Made by a program: the position numbers and the translations under genes. Below are positions 1 to 12,060 of a stretch of 64,000 nucleotides of DNA, one piece after another. Position 1 is the stretch's first letter; every line of letters starts with the position of its first letter. The DNA comes from Phoronis australis (taxonomy: Eukaryota > Animalia > Phoronida), in NCBI GenBank assembly GCA_002633005.1, contig NMRA01000019.1, positions 646,343 to 710,342 of the forward strand. Reading direction: 5' to 3'. The notes beneath the pieces are model-generated. The model ran no database searches. It was not told where the DNA came from and saw only the letters and a list, made by a program, of their open reading frames with translations.

Positions 1-1757
1 TTTGAGATGAACTATGTTTTTGACAAAATGACACTAAGATGTGTTTCCATCATATTTGTTCGAGCTAAAAACGTGTGTACCCGGCCTCCCCTTTGGCTGC
101 CGCAAAAAAAAAACAGCAAGAGCGTAGGGAAATGTTGAGTTTATTAATTAACCCCGGTAATTAACATTATAAGGCTGAAACAAGATTTAAATGTGTGCAG
201 TTTTAGTGTGTTGGGGGGGGGCTCAGATCCAATTTCAAGTGTCAAATTCGGAACACGGCGCATTCGTAAAGGAACTACGGCTCTCCCGCGATATCCCAGG
301 CGACCGGCAGTGGTGCTGCGCNNNNNNNNNNNNNNNNNNNNNNNNNNNNNNNNNNNNNNNNNNNNNNNNNNNNNNNNNNNNNNNNCATCTACCATCGTGG
401 TTCAGTTTGCGCAAATGCTTACAGCCGGACAAAATGTTGCCCCCCCCTTGTGTTCCTAGATCCCCCCCGCCACTGTCATTATCCCACTCACTCGGTAAAC
501 GCCAGAAATTTATAACATGCACTATTAGTACTGCGCATGCGCTAAATCTTGCCAACAGCTGCCAAATATCAGCGTCATTGGTGAAAAATTTTCCACGTCT
601 CTTGAAGTTTGAAGTTTGCCCCCATGTTAACGGGCGGAAGCCAATATTTGAGCGCATAGCTCATTTTGAAGTCAAGTTAGTGGCTGAATTCAGTTTGCCA
701 TCGGATTTGCCGATCCTAGGTGACTACCGTGACGTACAGGAGTACTCAGAGGTTGCTGATCCAAATTTCATGCTGTTTTTCGAAAAATTTTCCACGTCAC
801 TTGCAGTGTTCAGAAAATCCACGCACAGTGCTGTGAGATGAAATGTTGCCGATCGCCTGGCTGTCTTGCAATGTAATTTGCACTCTGTAGATGAGAGAGA
901 TTTGCTCAGAATCGGTAAGAAACTGTTATGTTCATTTTCTCATCCGGTATGAATTTAGAAATATTTTCGAAGTTTGAAAAAAGTCGGGCCCGGGGGATTC
1001 TACTCCGCACTGAGTTTTATGTAGGTTTCGCCTGTGAGTAGTTGATACTCATCTTCAAAATATGTTATTTCGTTTTTTGTGATCCACAGTACGTTGTCCT
1101 TCGTCTTAATTCAATACTGTTACTTAGGAGTGGATTCCGCACACAAATTTGTATTGGCAAACATCTGAAAATTAATAAAAAGCGCTTACCACTTGTCAGC
1201 CCGCGCTTATGCAAGGCGCGGCTGGCTGCGTTCAGTTCACTTTTGTTGTGGTTATGTGTACAAGTTAACTTAGAGCTGTGACCCCAATGACCCAGCTAGC
1301 ACTGTCATACTGTAGATTGTGGAATTCCAGAAATTCCAAACACTGTGTTTGAAACTTGACAAATTTGCTCTAGCGCCCAAGCTTCCTGACCTTTAACCTA
1401 ATTGTGCGCTGTTATGATTGGTTAGCGACATGGCGCTAAGCGTCACCCAGCGGATCAAAAATGTTACCAATTTCTGGAGTTAAGTTGGACACAGACTGTG
1501 TGATTGGGCTAAGCCTTTTCAAACTAGGGTGTATAAAGCAGTGGAGCGTGAAACACCTGAGGTCCCTGTCAAGTCCTCACGACAATTCTACGTAGGCCTA
1601 ATGTAGATGGGGCGGTAGCCGCGCCAGCACGCGTGCTGGGTGGGCTAAGCATGCCGGGAACCAGCGAGTAATGTCTATGCATGAACCATTCGATGGTGGC
1701 CAATATGCTCCGACACAAAAAACCTCGTCCTAAAGGACCCATATAATACCAAAGATA

Positions 1758-2306
1758 TTATATCTTGGGTACCAATAAAATCTTTGATAATACTCAAGGC
1801 TGTTCGCCGGGCGGCACGTGCGGGGGAGGGTCGGTGGCTTTAGAGCGGGAATTGCAACAGAAGTGGCTTTTGGAGGTGGTGGCTGATGTTGATGAGAGCA
1901 TAGGCGTCCTCAGCCCTGTCCCCAATACACATATAATACTACTAGGTATGACACTCCCGACCAGAAATTCCACTGATGCTTCACTTCAGTCGTCCATATC
2001 AAACACAAAACTCAATAAATTTACACAAAACAAGGTTTTTTCAACAACCATTAGCATTCACGGTGTCCTGCTCTAGCGAGATCGCAACCGAAATTCGCGG
2101 TCAAAGCACAAAAATGTTCCCAAAAAGCCAACGCATCGAGCCTCCTTGGACGGTTCGAGGTCAAGGACGGTAAGGCAATTGCCGATTTGTCCATAAATCA
2201 CGGGATAATTCGTTCATATTTGTGCAACGCTGGCTGTTTTAAAGCAAGAATAACATCGCAAAGAGAGTATGGGCTTTGCCTAGAAAGTATTGGTACCCAA
2301 GATATT
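1758..2306. mobile_element. Possible ~550-bp MITE with short terminal inverted repeats
   Basis: TATCTTGGGTACCAATA at ~1761 is the reverse complement of TATTGGTACCCAAGATA at ~2288. No coding capacity seen between them. Confidence 0.35.
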
Positions 2307-2567
2307 AACTATATTTACCGAAAAAGGTGAATTGGTGGGAAAAAATGGGAGGCATATTTGTCACCATTACCCAAATCCTATTCAGAGCATAACTTTGAAG
2401 TGGAATAATTGGTTGAGTACGACAACAAGCCGGTTTTAAGCTAATACCCTTTGCATGAATTGGAGACATTAATTATCGAAGAGCGAAAAGTAAGTCGGCT
2501 TATGAGCACACACTCGTAATGGTGGGGCTCTTACATCTATCCTACAGTCAACGAAATAAGGAAATTC

Positions 2568-3255
2568 AAAAATGGAAATGACAACTGAGGTTCCTTAGAT
2601 CACTGAATTTGTGTCTCAGAGAACCTTTTATTCTGAATGAGGACTTTGTGCATCTAATAGTCTATTTAAGATGTTAAACGTATGGGAAAAGATAACACCC
2701 AATCATTAGAATTTTTCTGCGAAATCAATCCATCAATGAATTATAACGAATGTAATTCATCGATATTTGCGGGAAAATGTTTTTCAAAACGTCAGCTTAC
2801 ATGAGTACCTGCTCCTATTAAATGATTGGACTATCCTACATGTAGCTTACAGTCAACGTGCCCATTTCTTTGCAAAGTTCTGAGTCCACAATTTTAGAAT
2901 ATAGTGAATGCGCAGACTGAAGGGAAAGAAGAAAGTAACGCAAAGTGGTTCTTGGGACACAGTACAATTCGTTTCCCAACCACTCACTCGTAGACTACAA
3001 GAGTGTTATTATGTCGCTTTGATTCTCCCATTAGGAATAAACAAGAAAAATGACAGCTAAAGGGCTACGTACAGAGGCAATTCTTCAAGGCCTGGCAAAG
3101 TTAGACAAAAGTTAGTTAATACAAAAATGGAATTGGCAACTGTGGTTCCTTAGACCACACTATTTGTATCTGGGCGAACCTTTATCTGACTAAAATATCG
3201 TACAACTAATATATACTTAATTAAGATGTCGAACTTGTGGAAAAAGATAACACCG
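2568..3255 (+). repeat. Diverged direct repeat, two ~135-bp copies about 555 bp apart
   Basis: aaaaatggaaatgacaactgaggttccttagatcac...aaaagataacacc (~2568-2700) matches aaaaatggaattggcaactgtggttccttagaccac...aaaagataacacc (~3124-3255). Confidence 0.6.
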
Positions 3256-3696
3256 ACTATAAATGCGCTTGAAAATTTGCCGATACCGTTCTCCCACTTG
3301 TCTGTTTTGTTGCGTGAATGCTTGGTGCCACACGTTACCATTACCAAAATAATTATGGTTTCGTCAATTTTAGTATCGAAATGTGTTTAGTATTCCACGA
3401 TTTTGGAATCGAAATGGTTTTATTTTTTCATCAATGCCTTGGGTGTTTTTGCAGTGGTAGCTATGAATGACAGATGTCAGATTTTTCTTGTAATTGAGTA
3501 TATTTAGTTGTTCAAATGTAAGGAGATCAAAACCTAATAAATTTAAGACCATGTATGACACCAGAAAAACTTCAGCCGTGGTCAAATTCGGAACATCAGA
3601 TCTCAAAAGTTGCTGAACGGAGTCCCATGAGTTCACATAAAGCAGTTTTAGGAGTCACTTCCTATATTTTTAAAATGTGTTATTATGGCCCACATA

Positions 3697-5375
3697 TTTA
3701 TATGTGGACGCATTATGCCGTGACCTCCGTCCTTCCGTCCGGCTTCCGTCCGTCCGGCGTATGTTCATGAAATTTTGCACATGTGTTCCTTCCGTAGATG
3801 GGACGGCATGAGTGAACTTTCGGACGGATCCGACTACCGGTGTGCCCCCGAGTGGCAATTTTAGTTTTTTACGTTTACCTCAGTATCTTCAAAAGTCCTG
3901 AACGGATTTTCATAAAATTTGGTATATAGGCACCTATTAGTGAGATGCCGCTATCCTTCAGATGGATTTGATGTGGTTTACGCCACCTAGTGGCCATTTT
4001 TACTGTTTGCGAGTCTGTTTTTTGCGTCCACCCCTCTATCAACCAAACCGCTCAAAGGATGATTGTGAAAATTGGCACAGTGTATGTGCTTACTATAAAG
4101 TGGACTGCTAAGAATGATTTTCCGACGACTTCGACTACAGTGGCGCCTTCTAGTGGCAGTTTTGTGTTTTTTAGCGCCTATGGCTATATCCCTTAAACCG
4201 TTCGCTTTACTTAATTTAGTAAGTGTAGCGGTACTTATATGATGTTAACAAGTTAAGACGACGACTTTTAGATGGATCTGACTACTGGTGTGCCACCTTG
4301 AGGCAATTTTAAGTTTTTACGTTTACCTCTGTATGTTCAAAGGTCCTCAACGTATTTTCATAAAATTTGGCATATAGGCATCTGTTAATGAGGTGACACT
4401 ATCTCTCCGTTTTCAGATGGATTCGACCTAGTTTGCGCCACCTAGGGGCCATTTTTACTGCTTTCGAGTCTATTTTTGGCATCCACTCGTCTATCAACCA
4501 AACGGCTTTCAGGATAATTGTGAAAATTTGCATGTATGTTTTACTATGCAGTGGATAGCTGACAACGATTTTCCGACGAGTTAGACTACTATGGCGCCTC
4601 CTAGTGGCAGTTCTGTTTTTTGCGCTCATGCCTGTATCTATTAAACCGTTTACAGGATCTTTACTTAATATAGCAAGTGTATTTATATGATGTTGACAAT
4701 GATCGACGACGACTTTCGGACGGATCTGACTTCTGGTGTGCCCCTTAGTGGCAATTTTAGTTTTTTACGTTTACCAGTCTGTATCTTCAAAGGTCCTCAA
4801 TAGATTTTCGTAAAATTTTGAATATGGGCATCAATTGGTGAGATGACGCTATCATCCTGTTTTTGGATGGAATCAAGGTATTTTGTACCACCTGGTGGCC
4901 AGTTTTGGTGTTTACAAATCTTGTGTTTGGCGTCCACCCCTCGATCAACCAAATCATTCTAGGGATGGTTTTGAAAATTGGCGTACATGTTTTCAGTGTG
5001 AAGAAGACGTTTGATGATGGTGACTGACTACCGTGGCGCCTCCTAGTGGTAGTTACGTTTTGTTTTACGCCCGTAGCTGTATCTCCAAAACCCACTGCAG
5101 GATCTTTATTAAGTTTAGTAAGTGAATTTACATGAAGATAACAGACGACGACTTTCAGGCGGATGGAACGGACGCTGTGCCCACAAGTTTTCCTTTGTAT
5201 CTTTGAAGTTCCTTGACAGATTTTTATGAAATATGGCATGTTCCCATTTTTGGATGGATTGTACTTTTTTGCGCCATCTAGTGGTCATTTTCATGATATA
5301 AATAAATAACCCTAAAAGCACACCATTTGCGATACATTCGTGGGCGCATTTCATCGCTCCGCGTTGCTCTTGTTT
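3697..5375 (+). mobile_element. Non-autonomous Helitron/Helentron-type (HINE/DINE-1-like) element with an internal ~448-bp tandem array
   Basis: 5' TCCG/GTCC microsatellite at 3726-3757. Monomer anchor GGAT at 3826, 4274, 4722 and 5161 (about 3.3 units). 3' end gcgcatttcatcgctccgcgttgctcttgtt. A second copy lies at ~33355-33757. Confidence 0.7.
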
Positions 5376-6313
5376 AAATTGGTCTTTTAGGTTTGGTCGC
5401 CCGGTTTTAGAAGCTAAATCTGGTTTGTGATGTTAGTGAGTGAGTTTGGGCACTTTTCGCCAGGTTTTGAGGTGTTTTAGCGGTGAACATTGTGGGTAAA
5501 TTTCCCTGCAAAGACGCACATAAACTGGGAAGAAAATGTCTCATTTCGTTCTATTAGGCTTTTTGCCTAATAAGTGAACCTTTTGATTAGCTGTCAATTT
5601 TGGAAGAGGCGCGTTGTTCCAATGTGTAGGTAGTAAATTCAAAATACATATTACATTGAGAATGGCTATATTGATTAAACAACAGGTAGAAGAGAGTACC
5701 AACATGTTCCTTGAAGCATACACAAGCCCGTCCAATTCAAGTGTGAGACAGATTCTACTTCCACCAGATGCTGATTGGGCATTGGTGCTTATGCTTACCC
5801 TTATGCCCAATCTGACAGTATAAATTCCAGGTGTAAAAGTCAAAATTGATCCCACAAAAAATGCTTTATATTTGTCAATTCCCAATGAGACAATGGGATT
5901 CCCTATATGAGACAATATTACATTATAAAGCACTCCACCACCAGACTAACACTTGCAATCTCTTTTAAAACACAATTAAAACTTGTAAAACCTACAAAAC
6001 GCTGAACATTGACCAACATAATTTTAGATTCTTCCATGTAAAGNCCACATGAAGTGCAACTACAGTATTTCACCTCCTTAAGATTCCTCAGATTTTAGTC
6101 TGCGTTACTTGTGGTACCCGCCATAAGTACAACTTCACATTTATTGAAAAAATTCTCTTTACTCATGTACGAGAGGGCGTTAGCCTTTGCAGCCCAGCAT
6201 TAAAATGCTCCACCGCCTGACTATTCAGTTATTGAAATTCTGACAACTTGTTCTGCAATTTCAAGTCATTTGAAATGTGCTCAGTTTCAAGCAATCTTAA
6301 TTTATTCGACTAG

Positions 6314-9185
6314 GACTTCAGTGAAAGATCAGTTGAGAGTCTTTTGGATGCGCTAGCTACAAGAATAGCAGGAGGTACCTGGGATCGCTGGGATGAGTTG
6401 TACATTGTGGCCAGCTACCTTGCTGACAGTATACTATTACTTCATCCACCTTTTAAACTAAAGGTCAGAGCACCTGAACTAGTGCAATATGGTAACGGGT
6501 AAGCATCTTCACACTTTCTGAACATTTGATACAATAGAAAACTAAGCAAAAGCTGGAATTTAAATGAAAACATCATTCCGTACCATGACAGGAAATGATG
6601 CTCCCCCCCCCCAAAAAAAACAGATCAGGACATTGGCAAATAAATAATGCAATTAGTTTTGATAATAATGGCCAACCCTTGCAAAAGTGGATTGCGTTAT
6701 TTGAAATGCAGACAATTTCTGGTGATCAGAATTAATGAGTACGTATCATCACAAAGAAATTTTTAACATCATTTTGATGCATTTAATTAGACCACTTCAT
6801 AATTTTCATGTTTAGGCAACAATAGGGGAGAGTGATCATTAAAATATTCAGTTTGATGAAGATTTTGCGATTCAATGTAATTACCATGAAATTAGGAATC
6901 ACTTTGGGATTAGTCCAAGTGCTTCACTATCTATGTGAAAATTAGACAGCATACTATAATTTTTATCTTTTATTAGGTTCCTCCCATTCATACCTTTGCA
7001 CAAGAGATCTTCTCATGTGACATACAAGATCAGCCACCATGAAAACAACTGCTTTTACAATAGCTTAACTTTGATATATTATGGGAGAGACACACAGGTG
7101 AATTTCATGAGACTGGTCACCACCTTGAGAGGAGTTCTGTCACTTGACAGCATGATCAAGCAGGTAAAATATTGCACCATCAAAACAAAAAAGACTGAAT
7201 AAGTTGTGTAAGAAAATACTAAAATGAGTATGAACTATAAGTTCATTACTAGAATGTGTTAATTATAAGAAATAGAAAATTGATATATACAATTTAGTTC
7301 TTTATTTTTTAAACCAAGTCAACACTTACCTGTAATGAAAACTAAATCACATACAAAAATTTATTGTCTTAAATTTCAGAAGAATATTCTGGAAGTGTGC
7401 TGTCGTGGTGCCAAGAAAGCACCACGGAAACCATTATAAGCGACATAATGGAAGACCATAACAGCGACATGTCTATCTTGAGAGAGACTTTAAAACGGGA
7501 GCTTATTAAGAATCTCTCACGTGCAGATTCAGGTAACATTTTTTAACTAAAAGGGCATTCAGTGACATTTAGAATTTATTTGACGATTTTTTGAACAGCT
7601 TAATAAGTGAAAAGTTATGTGGAACTAAACAATGGGGAGTCGTTATCAGAATTTTAGCTGTCGATGTACACCACATCTTTGCTCCACCAGCAGCCCAAAA
7701 TTGTTACTTATGGTAACCAAAACTAAGTTCTCTTGTGGATATTTACAACATACTATTAACCCCCCTCCTATTTTACACTGCGCGCACCAGCATCATCCAG
7801 GTTAAAAAACACTTGGTCAAAAAGGGATCTTAACAAATCTCGATATTTGCAATCTTGAATAGTTGGACAGGCCCCTGAAACAGCACCTGTTTTCTTAGCC
7901 GGACACCACAGTAAAAAATCATTGTTCACATTTAAAAAACTTCGAAAGCATGATCAAACCAGATTCGTTACTTGCGAGGTGACCCTCAAAGTCACCGCAA
8001 AACTTGACACGCTCCATTATTTTATTTTATTTTTAAGAGTGCAAATAGACCATATACAAATATGGCTGCTGGCCACCTATTCAATGCCACCAAAGCTTGT
8101 GACTACTTACATGAATTTGCCATTGATTTTGTGCATCAAAATGAGATGCCATGGCAAGTGAAAATCCAATCGCTCACAATCAGATGTGTTGCCAAATACT
8201 TTGTTTGTATAGTACTGCAGTTTCGAAAAGTTTGGACACTGTTCAAAGACTAATCAAACTTTATTGTTTTAGGCCCTGTCCAGTTTTTGGCGGCCAGCCA
8301 TGTCACTGGCCACCCAATACATGTTTGCGTAAACAATACTGTAAGACAGTATTCAAAGGACAGGAAATTGTGGAAACCATTAGAGCTCCTTTTAGTTCCT
8401 TTGTGGATGGGAAGACCACAAACGTAAGTACTTTTAGTAAAGACTATATTTAACAAGTATATTTCTTGTAGAGTGCCTTCTAACTTTATTGAATTACCCA
8501 ACATAATACAATTGTGTGCCCAGTTATTGTCACTTACAAGCAATGCTTTCCTACTAAAGGTTATCCCATTTGGTTCCACTGGTCCCTGCAGCTACCAAGA
8601 AGGTAAACAATGAGTTTTTTGCTGAAGAACTTGGTTGTTGCCATGGCAATGTAACTGGATGGGTGATGTGTGATGACTGCAACGGCTGGCTGCATGACAT
8701 CTGTGTCGGTTATCGTCCAGCCACACAATACAACAAGAATACAACAGTCAACTGCGGCTGCATGGAAATTCACCCTCTTAACTTGTCCATGTAAGTCAGT
8801 GTCTTTTAAGAAACTTTGGTCAAAGTTGTTGAATTAACTAAATTGAAAAACTATTTTTTTTTTCATCAATCTGTAGAGAAATTTGGAATAATGTTGACAA
8901 ACTTGGAAGAGTTAATACACTTCCTACTAAAAGTCTATCAATATTAAAACACCTGGAGCAAAAATAAGTGTTGACTGCAAATTTTAATGCAACATAAACT
9001 CTAATAAGGAAGATCTTCTTATTCTTTTTAGCCAGAGTCAAGATTTCCACCAACTCAAAAACAAATTGGTGCGACACAACTCTTAGCTTTTGAAACTCCT
9101 GACAAACATCATGAATGGGAAGACTCCATCCTGGAGACAGGCCCTTAAACATGTGAATGGATCAACATTCTTCGAAGATGAAGTG
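6314..9185 (+). pseudogene. Decayed multi-exon gene: vertnin-like OTU cysteine protease domain followed by a PHD finger
   Basis: Exons 6314-6498, 6977-7163 (HENNCFYNSLTLIYYG, resembling GDGNC), ~7373-7532, 8273-8423 (GPVQFLAASHVTGHPI), 8560-8790 (SHLVPLV resembling NHFVPL; WVMCDDCNGWLHDICVG...CGC), 8877-~8963, 9032-9185. Lesions: acceptor apparently AG>AA at 7371-7372, missing donor near 8963, in-frame TAG in the last exon. Confidence 0.65.
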
Positions 9186-9727
9186 GTAAGATATACAGAT
9201 TTATATATATACATATACATATATATGACTGGGCTGTGCTGCTAAAAATGAAAGTTAAGTTATGACATATTTGAGCTTAAACCAAAAGCATTTCTGAATT
9301 CCTCGTCAAATGCTGATCATGTTCAGTTTTTGAATCACCAAAATCGCCAACTACAACAGAAGTTAAGACAATCTATTCTGTCCAAACGGATTACCAACGC
9401 ACTGGGTTTGACTGTGTTCATACGCGTTCGGTAATATCGTGCAACCACCATACGTTTCCTTTGAAGCCTGGGAGATAATTAGCCTACTTGTAATCATACG
9501 GGACAAAAGACTGAGCGGGGCAGTTAATAAAGGAGCCAGATGTTATCGCACGTTCAGAACCCCTCACGTCTGGAAAAGTTGCTGAACGACAGAACGCCGT
9601 CATGTCATTTTCTCGGACTTTTTGTTTCTCAGAGGTGGACCTTTTTGCCCACTTCACCAAATGGGGGGCTCGTCCAAGCCCCGGCCCCGAGCCCCCTCTG
9701 GGTGTGCGCATGTGTATATTACTTGCT

Positions 9728-10245
9728 GCGTTACAGAGACTGGGTGGCCCAGGGATCGTCGTGGAAATTGACGAGTCGGTGATTTCCAGGCGGAAATACA
9801 ATCAGGGACGACTCGACCCCGAGAGATGGGTAATCGGCGCCTACTGTTCATCTCAGCGCTTGGGGCGCATCCAACTCAGTCATACGCCATCGGAATGCCA
9901 GAACGCTGCTTCCGCTGGTAAGACGCTGAATCGCTCCATGGCTCTATATAAATAATTCATAGCGATCAGTGGGGTGCCTACCAGAAGATCGCCAACATTC
10001 CCGTGGTGCCGCCATACCAGCACCACACAGTCAACCACTCTGTTAACTTAGTCGATCCTGTTACTGGTGTCCATACACAGAATGTCGAGAACTACTGGAT
10101 AGCGGCACATAAAACTGCGATACAAGGCGGGGTGATCAACAATAGTCTGCCGGTAGTTGACGAACAGATGTGGGGGGAGAGGTACGGAAGAACAGCGGCG
10201 GACACATTTACCAACATCCTCACTCATCTGTCTCAGTGGCCACGT
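9728..10245 (+). mobile_element. Merlin (IS1016/IS1595-like) DDE transposase relic, frameshifted and 5'-truncated
   Basis: Motifs LGGPGIVVEIDES..RRKYNQGR...WVIG; RNARTLLPL; IHSDQWGAY; HHTVNHSVNLVDPVTGVHTQNVENYW; DEQMW. These lie across frames with an internal stop. Confidence 0.88.
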
Positions 10246-12060
10246 ACCAGACGCCATGAAACCAGAAAATATATTTGAATAAAAAATAAAAAAACAAAAA
10301 AACAAAAAACAGGCCCTTAATTGGGCCTATAATATAAAAGTAATAAACCTTCCTACACTGCCACTCCCTGTAAGGATGCCTGCCGATCTCATCTGCCTAC
10401 AGTGGAGTGAGCTATAGGATTATCAGCTTATCAGCGACGGCGGGCAGAAAACACCACCAGTGAGGTTGAAGCCCTGCCCCCTTGCCATCAAACTGGCGCC
10501 CCTCCCATACCACATATTTGGTGCCCACTCCCGGTGGCCACCTATTTGCCCTCTGGGTTTGCCTGACGTCCCTGCTTTGCTGGCGCCCGGGAACAAAATT
10601 AAGTCCCTGCCACCCGCACCTCCGAGCATGTAGATGTATACCTGTAGATGGTTTCTACAATGCAAATCATGGCATGTAAAATGCAGCCCAGTATATTTGG
10701 GCTTTGCTGTTTTTTATTTGGGGGGGGGGCAACTGATAGTTTTACCCATTTTTTATTTGCCCGATTTTTCCCTAACCTGCCTGCCGCATATTTCAAATTT
10801 TTTGTCCCAAAATGGGCAGGCAATCCCCCCCCTGCCCCCCCTCCCCTGCCCCCCACCCACCCGATACGGCGATCCTATGAATGCAGCGCACGTACATTTC
10901 ATAACGTCTCGTTACCTCTTTGACTTTTTTACAGTTCCGTCCCAACCAACATAATGTGCGTGTATGTTTTCTTCTCATGTATAAGACTAAATAGGCACAA
11001 ATTCGTACTTGTACGGTACTAGTTTACGCATTTCGACGCTAGGTGTCCTTGTCATAGCACCTGAAATTCAATGGCTTCCGTGGAAAAGCGTATCCGAAGT
11101 TTGGCGTTAAATTTTTGAAAAATGAGTTTCAATCCAAGATGAGCTATATGCAAGGTATTTGAAGGCTTTGGCTTCAGTAATACTGTTCGCATGTTCAGGT
11201 TTTTGTACACTCTGACTTCTAGGCACAACCGAGGGGCTACGTGCACAGGCGGCTACTTGTTGCCTGTCCGACTTCACAAGTAGCAGGAAGTCAGGAAGAG
11301 ATATCTCTTCCTGCAAGTAGGCAATTTCACTGGGCGTGTTGCTGCTGTGTGTGTGAACTTCGAATCCTGCTTTGTCCCAAGATCGCGTATGCGTGAACCT
11401 GGAATTGAATTTTTATTTAGGCTATCAGGTGATATTTTTTGCTCAGTGTAAAGAATTTTTGTAATTATTTATTAGCCTCATGGTAATCCATTTTCTCCTT
11501 TGTCGTAACTTAAATTGTGACAAATAATCGGAAATTTACATGAAGAATGGTTTAATCATGTAGTTTTTGGTGAATAAGATCGAATATCACCAATAGCTGA
11601 AAAAAGATTAGGTTAAAATTTACTTTTTTTATTAGCATGTAATTTGATTTAGAGCAGTGCAACTTCTTGTCAACGTGAACGTGATTATTTGGGTGAACTT
11701 GTCAAGTTTCCATACATGTGTTAATTCCAACTTCACGCATACCTCATCTTGAGAAATGGGTAAGCAAGATTCCATGTTCACACACATCATTGCTTATCCC
11801 ATATCGGCATATGACTTACATACGCTGAAGGCTTTTCTGTGAAGTAAGCCTTACATTGATTTAACCATCAAATTCATGTTGCTATGAGTACCTTTTGATA
11901 TCAAAAGAAAGGCATTTATTCATCTAGCAGCAGTGAATGCATGTATGTTGTCCATTGCTTTCATTTACATACAATGAACCAGAACTTTTTGTGTTTTTCA
12001 GACTGATGCACGGATGTCACTGGTAGTAGAAGAGAACCGCAGCACAACTTAAAAGCTAAA

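Noticed and set aside
144-841. ORFs of 83-216 aa at the window start
   Set aside because: They run through the N gap (322-385) and show no recognisable motifs.
5541-5933. 130-aa minus-strand ORF and overlapping plus-strand frame
   Set aside because: No motif. The plus frame has several stops; it may be a further decayed exon of the OTU-PHD relic but I cannot support that.
10820-10865. C-rich tract, potential G-quadruplex on the minus strand
   Set aside because: Probably part of a repeat terminus; no evidence of function.
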